NCBI GenBank assembly: GCA_964016885.1
Contig: OZ024740.1
Span: forward strand, 158,472,001-158,536,000
Reading direction: 5' to 3'
Source: Eledone cirrhosa
Taxonomy: Eukaryota
DNA: 64,000 nt
The notes under the pieces are model-generated. The model was not told the origin of the DNA and ran no database searches. It worked only from the letters and a program-made list of their open reading frames with translations. Position 1 is the stretch's first letter, and the number at the start of each line of letters is the position of its first letter. Shown here in pieces: positions 26,535 through 40,613 of the stretch. The translations under genes were made by a program, and so were the position numbers.

Positions 26535-29500
26535 GTTTTCTCTTTCTCTTAATTTCGAGTATATGTTTGACCGGCCACCTTCCTGGTGGCAAGGTTGTAA
26601 AAGAAATTAAATTGTCATCCCTTGAATCGCAAGAATGTTTGGCAAATTTTGAAGGTGCCAGCTATCGCAGCCATTTGTAGACTATGAATTAGGGAGCTGC
26701 GCCCTTTGTCCGCAAATCCAAGTTCAGCTATACATTGGTCCAAGCGGGTTGGTGTATAACCCGTAGTGCCAATAATGATGGGTATGAAGCTAAAGGTGTA
26801 TCTTGGATACTGGATTTGTAAACTCCTCATCAATGGTCTGTAGATGTCTTCGTTCTCCTGTATTTATCTGACAACGTTTACATCAAGTAGGCAGCTGATC
26901 TCCTCAACAGAGCACGTTTTCAATGTGTGGTCCCAAACAACAATATCAGGCCGGTTGTGCTTTAATTTGGTAGCAGTTTTTATTTTCAGGTTCCACCAGT
27001 ATTCCTTAGTGCCATCGGTCTCAATATATTCTTCCTCGTTTGTTGTTAATTTTGTTTTCCGAAGTACGTTCCAGATGGTTCTAGCTATCCCATCGTGTCT
27101 CATGGGGAGGTAGTAGCGAGATGTCATTCTTTCGCAGCTGGCAACAATGTGGCTTACATCTTCGATCTTTGTTTTACATAGCCTACATTTATTGTCAGCT
27201 GATGGCCCTCCGCTTCTGTGAGCAGATATTTGGTAGGGAGTTCTTGTTCCTGTATTTCATAGAGATATCCCTCAAGGTATGATATAAACTTGTCGAAACT
27301 CCATGCCAGGCTTTTTGAGTGGTTTATCTCCTCTATGGTCTGTGTTTTATGTCTCAAGTATCCATGCACAACTTTTTCTGTAAATTGGTCAATTTTCTCA
27401 TTTTGTTTGAACATTGAATAGGATCTTCCGATTTCTCTGGGTAAGAGATTTATATCAGGCTTTATTCCCTATCTCACCTCCAGATCAGTGGCTATCCTAA
27501 TGATATTTTTTTCTTCATGCTCATAAACCTGGGCAAGATGGTTGCCAACCTTTTTCCTCTGTTGAAGATGTTGCTTCAGTGTTACTATCCGGGTCTCATA
27601 TGCTGTTAATATGGATTTTAGACCTCGGCCACCTTCCTTGCGTGAGAAGTATAGCCTATCTACATCACCATTGATGTTAAAGTTCCCAGTAACACTGAGA
27701 AGTTTGCGAGTTCTAACATCCATATCACTTAGTTCTTGCAATGACCAGTTCAGCAGGCCAAATGTTGGCGTTAGAATTGGCACAGCATAAGTATTGTGGG
27801 CAATGTACTTGTATGCTGACAGTTCTGATGACCATATTTTCTTTACTCTTCTGAGGTATTCAGTTCTGGTTCTCTCCTTATTTATGGGTCCATCATATCT
27901 GACATTCTCATCCTGTCCAAGATATCTGTAGTTGTCACCTGACTGTAGAGGTTGTATTGTCAGGCCGTTCATCTCTAGATTTCTAGAGGAAGGTACAGCT
28001 CTTCCACGTTTTACTGCCAAATATGCACACTTGGACTCACCAAATTTCATTTTGATGTCTGTTGAAAATTGTGTAATGAGGTCCAATTGTTTCTTGATGT
28101 CATTATGGATTGGTAGTATCGGTAGAGGGTCGGACGCCATGCTTTCTAGCATAGTTACGTCCCTTTACGATCTGAGTTCAAATCCCGCCGAGGTTGACTT
28201 TGCTTTCATCCTTACGGGGTCGATAAAATAAAGTACCAGTGAGGCACTGGGTAGTTGCTGGCCTTGTGCCTAAAGTAGAAACAATTAATATTTGGCCCAT
28301 ACAACTTCAGGTCATCAACAAAGAAAAGATGGGAGATACTTCTGGATCCACTTCTTTGTCCACCTTGTTCTCTGAGTAGGTAAGATAGTGAATTTAGTGA
28401 GAGAACGAAGAGTAGCACTGACAAGTTATCACCCTGAAAGATGCACTTCTGGTAATGTATCTTATCAGTCTTAACTTGCTCCTTCTCACCTCTAAGGATC
28501 AGATTGGTGTACCAGTTCTTGGTCAGACGTTCAATAGCAGCTACCAGTGGTTGTGGGACTTTGGCTAACTGTAAAGCCTTTACAATCCACCCATGAGGTA
28601 CACTATCAAATGCTTTTTGATAGTCCGGCCACACCACAGTCATGTTTCTGCGATTCTTTGTTGTTTTTTCTTGAATCATTTTATTAGTTAGTAGGTGATC
28701 TATGCAACCCCACACCTCCCTCTTTCCACCAGCTTGCTCAGGCATTATAATGTTGTTGGTAGCACAGTGATCCTGTAAGAACAGGTTAAGGCACCCAGTA
28801 TATAATTTATACATGATGTTTTGGCAGGCTATTGGGTGGTAATTTTTAGCAAGGGTGGTTTGGCTATTTTGGGGAATGAGGGGAGTAGTGGCAGTTGATA
28901 ACCATCTGGGCAGTTCTTGTGTGCCTTTAATGGTTTCTGTAAACAGCCGTATGAGATCCTGCCGATAGAAAGTGAAATTCTTCAACTAGTATCCTGTTAT
29001 GAGGTCTGGGCCTGGTGATTTCCTATTCGACATTTTCTGTAGAGCTGTTTCCAGTATTGACCCCTCTATGTCATATTGTTTTGTCTGGACATGTTGGCAG
29101 TAGTCCTGTTCCAGTTCTTGTAGCCATTTAGTTTGTCTGTTGAATCCGTCATCCGTTTCCGATACAGATCTCCAGTAGCTCTCAACCTGTTCTTTTGAAG
29201 GGGTGTCATTTACAGAGATTGAGCTTTTACCACCGAAGCTGCGATAAACTGATTTAGGATCTCTGGCAAACAATCTATTTAGCACTTATCGTTTATGCGC
29301 TGTTGACTTATATTTTAGTCTTTCTGTTGCAGCTGTAAGTTGTTGTTTCAACTGGTGTAATTTGGAGTTTAAAGTTTTAAATTTTGTATCTCCAAATCGT
29401 CTCTCTATTTTTTTTTTAGGTCTTCCTGGTGTCGTGTGAAGTTGCTCTCTAAGTTGCATTTCATAATGACTGCGATGTGTGAGATACTTCGTCTCAGGGA

Positions 29501-29545
29501 CAAAATTTTGCTTTTTAAATTTCGCATCCACGTTGGTTTAGGCTT
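26535..29545 (-). mobile_element. R4/Dong-like non-LTR retrotransposon (RT plus C-terminal CCHC and restriction-like endonuclease), broken ORF
   Basis: ORF pieces: KSPGPDLITGY, HPIACQNIMYKL, DYQKAFDSVPH, FQGDNLS, HLFFVDDLKLY, DVDRLYFSRKEGGRGL, IQEQEL, RHDGIA, HNRPDIVVWD; flanked by (TATG)n. Confidence 0.9.
28107..28284 (+). mobile_element. SINE A inserted in the LINE RT domain
   Basis: Interrupts DDLKLYGPNIN|DIKKQLD. Confidence 0.85.
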
Positions 29546-29789
29546 TTGTATGTATGCATATATACATGTATGTATGTATGTAAGTATGTATGTATGTATG
29601 TGTACGAGAGCGTGTGTGTATGTATGTGTGCATATAAGTAACAGTACAGCTTATTTGTTGTATAAGCTATAGTAGCCTTCTTTTGTTCATGTCTGGTATT
29701 TAATTTACATTTTCGGTTGTTATTACTACTACTACTACTACTACTACTACTACCACTACCACTACCACCACCACCACCATCACTATAGC

Positions 29790-30130
29790 CTCAGCCACAG
29801 TCGCCTTCTTCGCTTCTATCGCTTACTGACGCGGCATCCGTCACCGTTGTGGTGACAGCACTATTGATGCTGGTAGTAGTGGTGCTACTATTTCTCTGCT
29901 TACCAGCTCGTCCGTCCGTTCGTGCGTCTGTCTGCCTGCCTGACTGCCTGCCAGCTCGCCGCCGACGCCACGGTCCGTCGTTGTTTTCTTGTTGTTTCAT
30001 ACTGTTCAGTGTTACGTGTACTTTTAGTAGCAATGATAGTGGTGCGCGGGCGCGCGTGTACTGACACTGTTTAAGACAGGCATTGCCGCTGCTGACTGAC
30101 TGACTGAGTGGATTGCTGGCTGGCTTGCTA
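29790..30130. promoter_or_regulatory. CpG-rich non-repetitive island (possible promoter or 5' UTR)
   Basis: Locally high CpG density (GTGCGCGGGCGCGCG, CGCCGCCGACGCCACGG) in AT-rich DNA; no downstream exon identified. Confidence 0.25.
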
Positions 30131-30735
30131 GCTGGCTGGATTGGGTGGCTTTAAATGCCGTTTTCGGTGGATGTTTCTGTAGATATGTGTGTGTGTGTGT
30201 GTGTGAACGAATCCCACACTCTGTCTCTCTCTTTCTCTCTCTCTCTTTCTTTCCCTCTCTCTCTCTGTCACTATGTATCTGAAAGTGTGTCTTTTCTTTC
30301 TTTCTCTCGTCTCTTTTCTGTCACTGTGTATCTGAAAGTCCATTTGTTTTTTCTCTCTATCGTTATGTATCTGAAAAAAAAGTATGTGTATCTTTCCCTC
30401 TCGCTCTCTGTTTTTGTCTTACTTTCTCTCTTTTTCGAAAGCCACTGCGTATGTGTCACTTTCTTTCTTATTGTATATCTAAAAGTATGTGTATATGTGA
30501 GTGCGTCGAATGTATACAATGTGTGTCGTTCGTTTAGTCTATCTGGCTGGCTTCGCTAGCTGATTGGCGGGTTCACTGGTACGCACGTGTATGTGTATGC
30601 GTACTAATGGCCGTTTGTTTGTGTCTGTGACATGTTACTGCACGATTGGATGCGTATACATGAGCAAATGTGTGACAATTGCAAGTGTATGACTCTCTTT
30701 CTCTCTCTGCCACTTTCTATCCCCCTCCCCTCTGT

Positions 30736-30809
<74 letters not shown>

Positions 30810-30869
30810 CTGACTGGCTTTCTAGCTATCTGTGTATATATATATATATGGGGGTGGGGTATTCTCTTC

Positions 30870-32690
30870 TTCGCTCACTTATTCCCGAGAGGGTCGTCGG
30901 GTCAGAGTCCTCAAAGACTCCGTCCAGCGGGTCCTGTCAGAAGCAACCATCTCCAACCGATCCGGCTGGATCCCAAAGCGAAACCAGCCAAGCTCATGAA
31001 TGTTATCCAACCATCTTGCTCGGGGCCTACCTCTGGGTCTCTTGCCAGTTGATTTTGTCAATAAAATCTGTCCAGAGATTCTTTCCTGAGGCATTATAAC
31101 CACATGCTTATTGTATCGGAGCTGTGATCTCTCAATTCGGAGAAGTAGTGGCTCTACTTGGAGTGACTCTCTTATCTCCGAGATACGCATTCTAACGAGT
31201 AACGTTACTTCAAAGACCCTTCGGAGGAAACCCCATTTCGGCCACTTGTATTCGCTATCGTATTCTTTCGGTCATTACTCAAGATTCATGACCACACGTA
31301 AGGTACCGAATTGAAGATAGCGAGTTTGGCTTTTACCCCTACTTCCCTTCTGATTACTGAATGCTGAATCTGCACCAGCTTTTGCAATTCTTGCACTTAA
31401 TTCAGCCTTCCATCACTTCACTCGCGAAATTCTCCACCTGCTTCAATGAAACTCCATTCGCGTGTAGAGTGCACCGTGCAGTCTTCTTTGAGAGGACGAC
31501 TGTCTCAGTTTTCGCAGCAGAGATTTTCATTCCAACCACACAGCACTCGGCATAAAACCTATCGAGTACAAGTCGGAGACCACCCTCTGTTGAGTTAAGT
31601 AACACCATGTCGTCTGCAAATTCCAGCCGACTGATTTAAACCCGCCCGTCTTAATACCACTTCCAACCCGGCTGCACATGTCAATCCTGTTCCTGTAAGT
31701 AATGAACATGAGAGGTGACAGTTGGCACCCTTGGTGGAGTTCGACTACCACACTAAATGCTTTCGATTTAGCACCATTTATCCGAACACAAATACTCGGG
31801 CATTCGTATAGAGACATCAGGGCAGCAAGAAGCTGACCAACGATCCTAAACCCCTGCAGAACCTTCCACAGCAGGTCCCGGTGAACGCAGTTATATGCCT
31901 TTTCAAGGTCGACAAAACAAGAATGTAACCTTGATAATACTCCCACGATATCTCGAAGACCTGCCGCAATGTGAATATTTGATTGGCTGTGCTGCGTTCG
32001 GAGCGAAAACCACACGCTTCATCAGCTAACTTGGACTCAACAATCTCCCTGCATCTCTTTGCCTGACACTTAGCATAGACTTTACGGGGAAGGCTAAACT
32101 AGGAGATCCCTGTGTAATTGGAACAACTTCTCTTGTCTCCCTTTTTTGAAAATTGGGATTATCACTACCGATTACCATAGCGTAGGTGCCTTTCCAGAGA
32201 TCCAGGCAACACACAAAAGTCAGCCAGAGAATAACTTCTTTATTTAAGGCTTTTAACATCTAGGGCCGGATTTCATCTTCCCCGGCGGCCTTGCCACATT
32301 TGAACTCTTTAACTGCTCTTGTGACCCCAGAGATTAATCATCGCTCCCAGATGCATCTGGTATACATCCGAAGATGCTTTTGTGATAAGGTTTAGGAGAT
32401 CAGCAAAGTATTCTCTCCACCTCGCGTGGATAGCAAAGTATTCTCTCCACCTCGTGTGGATGCACCTCTTTGAAGAAAGAAGACCCCCAGACGCGTTCTT
32501 GATAGCTGGTGTGGAGGAGGGCTTCTTATTACGATGTCGCAGGATAGTCTGCCAGAACACTTTATTTGCTGATCTAAAGTCGTATTTGAGCTTAACTTTG
32601 GATGTCTTTACTGTCTCTGTTGCGATTCTTGTACCGCAAATACAAGGAGGACTTATTTCCAAACCAAGGTTTGTAAGCCTCCTTCTTTGT
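30870..32690 (-). mobile_element. RTE-clade (Expander/Rex3-like) LINE, decayed
   Basis: RWREYFADLLN, CFVDLEKAYNCVHRDLLW, HQGCQLSPLMF, ADDMVLL, IRESLQVEPLLLRIERSQLR...GKRPRGRPRARW. Confidence 0.9.
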
Positions 32691-33469
32691 TCTTAATTGA
32701 ACCAAGATAAAATATAAAATAGAAAGATAGATTGAGAAGAAGGAACGGGAAAAAATGGAAATAAAAAGAGGGAAAAAACACGTGCGTGTACAGTCAGCCA
32801 TTTTGGAAATTGTTTACAGCAAAAATTTCACGTTTTTATTTAAATACTATAACTATAAAAGTTGAATTTAACAAATAACATTTAAAGTTATTTATTAACT
32901 GACAATACATAAATTGTACACAATGACAACCCAATTGATATGGCCATCGCATGTATGAAGGCGACGAAGTGGTAGAGTAGTTTGAATGTCAGATAGAATA
33001 TTTGGCTCTATTTGTTCCGGCTCTCATCACTCTGAGATCAAATTCCGCCGAGATCGAATACCAGCACCAGTCAAATACTGAGGTTGATTCAATCAACTTT
33101 GCCCTTCCCTAAAATTTGCTGGCCTTGTGCTTAAATTAGACATTAGTAGTCACAGAAATATTTCAAATTTAGTTTTATTCCTTCGTTCATTATGTGCTTG
33201 TTATGTGAAGAAAAAACATTTGGGAATAAACTTCTTTATCAAGTTTTATGAGAATGTGTGTGGACTACCAGCTCTTGTACGCGTAACACAATGTTGTCCA
33301 TGAGAGAAACAATATGCTTCCAGTTTTAGCCAAGTAACAAATAACAATTTGTCTTTGAAATTTATTTATGGATAGAACAAAGTTGAGTTTTACTGGATAC
33401 TACAGATTGACTGTTGTCATGAAAGGTATTTGAATGAGCTGGCATCAAGATAAATTCAAAGGTATTGTA

Positions 33470-33700
33470 AGATAATATCGAAGGACATTGTCATTTAAGA
33501 GCTGCTTGAATAATGAGGTTGCATTCGACAGGTTCTTGAGTACACTTGGAGATCAGAGAGTCGCTCCAGATAGAGCCGCTATATCTCCGAATTGAGAGAT
33601 CACAGCTCCGATATTACGAACATGTGGTTAGAATGTCTCAGGAAGAATCGCTGGACAGATTTTAGTAGAATAATGGTGTATCCTACATTTAACAGATGTC
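33470..33700 (+). mobile_element. RTE LINE 3' fragment
   Basis: IRESLQIEPLYLRIERSQLRYYEHVVRMSQE, homologous to 31080-31190. Confidence 0.75.
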
Positions 33701-33899
33701 AGTATGGTGGAAACCAAGCTAGCTCCACTGAGATTAAAAATTCGACAGGCAAATTGACAACCTCTGTAGAATATGGAGTTGTCATCCAATGATCAACGTC
33801 CTATAACAATCCTTACCTAAACTGTGCTTCTCTATACGAAGTACAAACATAACCAATTCAAAAATTGAGAATGCAGGGTAACGAATTTCATGAAGAATC

Positions 33900-35050
33900 A
33901 GTCTTAAGTAAAAGTATTCTTGTTGAGTTAGTTACGCAACTCTTCGCAAAACGTTGTTAAATCGTATAGCAGGACAACCTTCAACAGCAGCGTCTCTTTT
34001 GTTTTAGCGATTTAATTATTTGTTTTCCCATGTATAATAATGTGGTAATCGATAGTACAACAGGATCTGAGCTGTTAATGTAGTTTTCTTTGGAACTAGA
34101 GATTTTCGAGCAGCAGTTTCTGCAGTAAAATAGATTCTTTACACATTCTCTAAGTGAACACCTAGTTGTTGAACTGGATGGTATTGTCCATGAATAGGAA
34201 ATCTATTTATTTCCGAGGTCTTCATTGATACTAATATATCCCACCATCTGGTATTGTATAACTTCATTTTGAAATGTTTGTTGCTGGGGAATGAACATTG
34301 CTGAACCAGAATTTCTGTTAACATATTTACAATTGCACTTGGTAGATTTTATGGAATTACAGCACTCTACATTTATGTGGACATTGGATGTCTTAGTTAT
34401 AAGAAGGCAATAAAGCACCAGCTATTGATTGTCAGTCATATGCTAGCCAATATTTGTTTCAGAGACTCTATCTTGTGATGCCTTTCTTTTGTATCATGCA
34501 TATTCACCCTCTCATATTTGTGTTTCTTTAATGACATTCTTAGGGATAGCATTCTACATTTATTGCCTTTCATTGCCAAATGCTTATAGGCTTAAAGTAA
34601 CCACATGGACAATGGGCTATGTTTGATTAAAATAATGCCGTAAAGTTCTTTATCTGTTGTGAGTTTGGGAGTTTTTGCTGAAATAATAGAATCAGTTTCA
34701 GCAGAATTAATTTTGTTCAAAAGCCAGTGTAATTTATGTGCATGTAGCAGGTCTTTTTTTTTTTTTTTTTTTTTTTGACATGTCATCGTCTACATGTGGT
34801 AATTATCCAAGTCGAAATATGTGTGAGTTAGTTATAAAATTCCAAAACTTGGAAACCTTGGGATGAAAACCTCTTGCAATTAGGTCATATCTGTTGGTAT
34901 ATAACTGTCATGGAAAATGCTCTGCTTGGATATCATTCCATTTAGCATTGCAAGTAAAAGTGATGAAAAGATCAGGACATCCATAATTGCGTACATTAGT
35001 CATGGCATCCTGTGTTCTCTCATGCGGGCTTCCTATAAAACTGGATAGGA
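33900..35050 (-). pseudogene. Helitron Rep (HUH) domain relic
   Basis: HERTQDAMTNVRNYGCPDLFITFTCNAKW...RYDLIARGFH; LLHAHKLHWL (HUH motif); HINVECCNSIKS..KYVN; FPIH....VQQLGVHLEN. Confidence 0.85.
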
Positions 35051-36153
35051 GAATACAAAGTTGTTCTCCTCGGCATCAGCAAAGCTTTCGACCGTGTCTG
35101 GCACGCTAACCGCCTGTCAAAACTTCCCACCTATCGACTCCATCCGTCTCTCATCTCTCAGATCGCATTTTCACGGTGTGTGTTAATGGAGCTTTCTCTG
35201 ACCTACACTCTATTAACTCTGGTGTGTCCCCAGATTTTCTCTGCAAGATTCTGTTTCCTTTTTCTTTTTTTTTTTTTTTTTTTTTTGTCTATTTTACTCT
35301 CTTATACATTCTTTTCTAGCCTTCTCCTTTTTGGCAATCTTATTTCTCTATTTTCATCCTTTTCTTGATATCTCTTCTTCCTCTCATACTCCCTCATTTT
35401 TTGTAACCTTATTTTTCTATTCTTTTCCCATTCTTCTAATATTTATTTTTACTATTACAATCTGTCATTTTGTGAAGTCTCGTGTTTTTTTTTTGACTTA
35501 ACTGTCTTGCAATGTTTCTTTTGCCTCTGAATTTCTGTCATGCTCATGATTGATTATGGGAAAGCGACCATGATAGAGCCTGTTGCTAGTCAGACCATTA
35601 TAAAGAACAGATACGTTTATTTCTGGAAGTATTCAACCACTTATACTGAACTGAGGTACAATAATTTCATTGCTATTTCTGCGATGAACCTGAATTGCTA
35701 AACTGTACACTATACTAATGGAAAGGAAATCAACATTACGACTGCATACTCCATCTTTACTCGTATGTTTGATATTCGTACATTGTGCTGTTAGGAATAA
35801 AGGAAATAAAACACCCTATCAGTTGTTGCATATATGATGTACAGTTTTTTTTTTTCGCGTAGAGTGCAGTAACTGATATCGTTATCAAGGAAGAGCGATG
35901 AAAGTCTAAATAAAACAGTTTCCAGAGACCAGGGTTCCCCAAACTTTTTCAAACGCAGAACCCTTTTGTTTCAGAAACCTTTGGAGGAACCCCAAAGTCA
36001 AAATTTGTTATGTGGTCAACTGTTATATGGTCAATATATACTCCTTTACCTTTTTTACGGAACCCCAGACACTCGTTTTCAAATAATTCAATAAGGTACT
36101 TTATCTACATTTTAGACTTAAGAGAGTTCTTTACAAAAGTACGGGGATTGGTT

Positions 36154-36309
36154 CAGGGCCGTCTTAACGCATGGGCACGCTGGGCAGGCCGAGGGCCCCA
36201 CGATGATAGAGGGCCCATTTGTATTTTTATTCCCGTGAGTGGTTGTGTAGGTAGGGGCCCCAGTGCTTTGCTTTGCCTGGGGGCCTATAATGCTGTTAAG
36301 ACGGCCCTG
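36154..36309. mobile_element. hAT-type MITE
   Basis: TIR CAGGGCCGTCTTAAC / GTTAAGACGGCCCTG; TSD GATTGGTT / GATTGGTA. Confidence 0.85.
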
Positions 36310-36559
36310 GATTGGTATTGTTAGCAAGAATGAAAATGTCGTCTGCTAACAATCTAATGAAAATGTCGTCTGCTAACAATCTGTTATTTATGGATAATTT
36401 CGGCTCAAACGCTGTGTATATATGTGAAAAATAGAAAGGGCAAATAAGGTTGAGAGAGTGATAGAAGTCGTCTCTAAGTTAGAATAAGAGAGAAATATAC
36501 GCTAAGCGGGAAAATGGGTGTGTATGTGTGTGTTTGTTTGGTACTGGAATATTTTTGGT

Positions 36560-37430
36560 ATCTATATTTAGGTGTTGATTTTGCATGACTATTTTAAATC
36601 CGTACAATGCAAGCATGCATATGATACGAACCAGCCAGATTCGTAAAGCAGAGGTCATAATAGTAATCGTAGAAAGACTAGAGGGAAGAGACAACACCTC
36701 TGTGAGTCAGTGGGCGGAGTATGTCTGCAGCACCATTTCTGAGCTTTGTTGAGGCTTAGTAATGGCTTGGATTAAAAATATTTTCTGGTCCTCAAGAGGA
36801 AGGTTAATCTCTGAGATGTAATATTCACTATGTTAAGGAGCTGCGATCGCCAGAAAACGGACTATATATTTGAAATGATTGCAAGGGCTCTAGTTGCGTG
36901 CTATTCATATTTATGAGGGCGAAATGCGATAATGTTCTTTGTAATCTGTGCAGTGTTGTACTTTTGTACAGATGAAGGAGACGGAATTCGAATGACACTA
37001 TTGCAGAATCTTCCCTATGCATTTGTTCATGGAAGCTGTATAAATTTAGCATGAAATGTCTAAGGTGCATGTGGATGTGGATGACTCATGAATGTAAAAT
37101 ATCATGAAGACGTGAAAGGCGTTATGAGCTACTTAGGAATTGGGGTGATGTCAAGTTGATCGTTGATGTATGGAAGGAAATCTACAGGAGAGAAAAGCGA
37201 ACCTTGGGATACACAAGCGGTGACATAGTTCCATTAATACACACCAAGAAAGTACTATCTGACAGGAACCCTCCAATCCAAGAGATGAGAGACGGATGGA
37301 GTCAATAGGATGGAAGTTTTGACAGGAGGTTAGCGTGGCAGATACGGTCGAAAGCTTTGCTGATGTCGAAGGAAAACATGAGTTCCATTAAAATTCTCAA
37401 GGGCGTTAGTACGATGTAGGAGTGACTCCA
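36560..37430 (-). mobile_element. Jockey/CR1-group LINE RT fragment
   Basis: [35 protein letters not shown]; a related inverted piece lies at ~35075-35230. Confidence 0.7.
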
Positions 37431-37455
37431 GAAACCACACACACGCACGCGCGCG

Positions 37456-38079
<624 letters not shown>

Positions 38080-38316
38080 ATATATATATATTCCTAACGA
38101 TCGACTTTCGTCAAATCGGACCGAGGAAGCAGTGTTTCCATTGGTCTTTCCAATTGCTAATACTATCTATCGGTCGCAACACCAGGTAGAAGGAGCAACG
38201 TGAAATAAAGTGTCTTGCTCAAGGGCATAACGCATCGCCCGGTCCAGGAATCGAACTCACAACCTCACGATTGCGAATCCAGTTCTCTAACCACTCAGCC
38301 ACACGCCTTCACTGTG

Positions 38317-38989
<673 letters not shown>

Positions 38990-39117
38990 TATACACAGTT
39001 CAAAGGTAACCAATCTTAAAGAGACAGATGGAGATAGGAAAGGAGATATGAGAGGAGAGATTGGTGAATTAATAATGTCTTCCTTGTGAAATTTATGGTC
39101 TTGTTTTGCTTAACTAA

Positions 39118-39227
<110 letters not shown>

Positions 39228-39249
39228 GGGAGAGAGAGAGAGAGAGAGG

Positions 39250-39286
<37 letters not shown>

Positions 39287-39602
39287 GTATGCCGGTTGAG
39301 CACTCTATGCTTTTACAGAGTAGAGTATGATAGAATAGAAAACGAAAAATCAATGATGCATCTGAACTCAATTTATTGTGTGTTACAATTGTTTCGCCGG
39401 CGGACAGCTCGGGACGCGATCATTGTGTCGATCTGTCTGGTTCTGGACCCGCAGGTTCGACAGAGTGGATGATGTAGAACAGGTTTATCAAGGGCCGTAG
39501 TAAAGATAGAGGCAAAAGGAGGTAGGTCAAACTAGCCACTGCTGTTGTCAGCAGCAGTCGGAATGACCCGGTTTGTTCTCAACGTTTGTGGAGGTAGTAG
39601 TA

Positions 39603-40247
39603 ATATGAAATACGTCCCTTCACGCACAAGGCGCCAAGGTACGCATGTATTGTCCAACCAAGTGCCAGTGTGGTTCAATGGCGGGTTAATAAATTAACGA
39701 GCCAGAACAAATATAAACAAGGTTTAGTAAATAATGAAAAAGTTTCAAAATAAATTTTAAAAAATTGACTTTACCTACTATAGTTACCTTTACCGATCGG
39801 TTTCGAATCCCAAAAATAAAACGGAGACCATACGGCCTTCGTTGCAAAGAGAGATTCTCGTCAGAAGGTTCTTTTCATTCAAAGAATATAAAATTCCTGA
39901 ATTTAAATCACAAACCATCTCAGGAACAGTCTTTGATAGCGCTAGTTTGTGATTTAAATTCAGGAATTTTATATTCTTTGAATGAAAAGAACCTTCTGAC
40001 GAGAATCTCTCTTTGCAACGAAGGCCGTATGGTCTCCGTTTTATTTTTGGGATTCGAAACCGATCGGTAAAGGTAACTATAGTAGGTAAAGTCAATTTTT
40101 TAAAATTTATTTTGAAACTTTTTCATTATTTACTAAACCTTGTTTATATTTGTTCTGGCTCGTTAATTTATTAACCCGCCATTGAACCACACTGGCACTT
40201 GGTTGGACAATACATGCGTACCTTGGCGCCTTGTGCGTGAAGGGACG

Positions 40248-40257
<10 letters not shown>
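39603..40257. repeat. 655-bp palindrome (313-bp arms, 29-nt loop)
   Basis: Arms 39603-39915 and 39945-40257; the ORF track shows mirror ORFs 39765(+) and 39790(-); right end abuts (TA)n. Confidence 0.95.
39991..40074 (+). ncRNA. Type I hammerhead ribozyme (mirror copy on - strand 39786-39869)
   Basis: ACCTT-CTGACGA-GAATCTC...GGGATTC-GAAA-CCGATCGG TA^AAGGT. Confidence 0.9.
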
Positions 40258-40333
<76 letters not shown>

Positions 40334-40335
40334 CA

Positions 40336-40487
<152 letters not shown>

Positions 40488-40523
40488 TATATATTATATA
40501 TATAATATATATATATATAATAT

Positions 40524-40608
<85 letters not shown>

Positions 40609-40613
<5 letters not shown>

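Noticed and set aside
39765-40095. Pair of mirror 101-aa ORFs as genes
   Set aside because: Consequence of the palindrome; non-ATG start and no recognisable domain.
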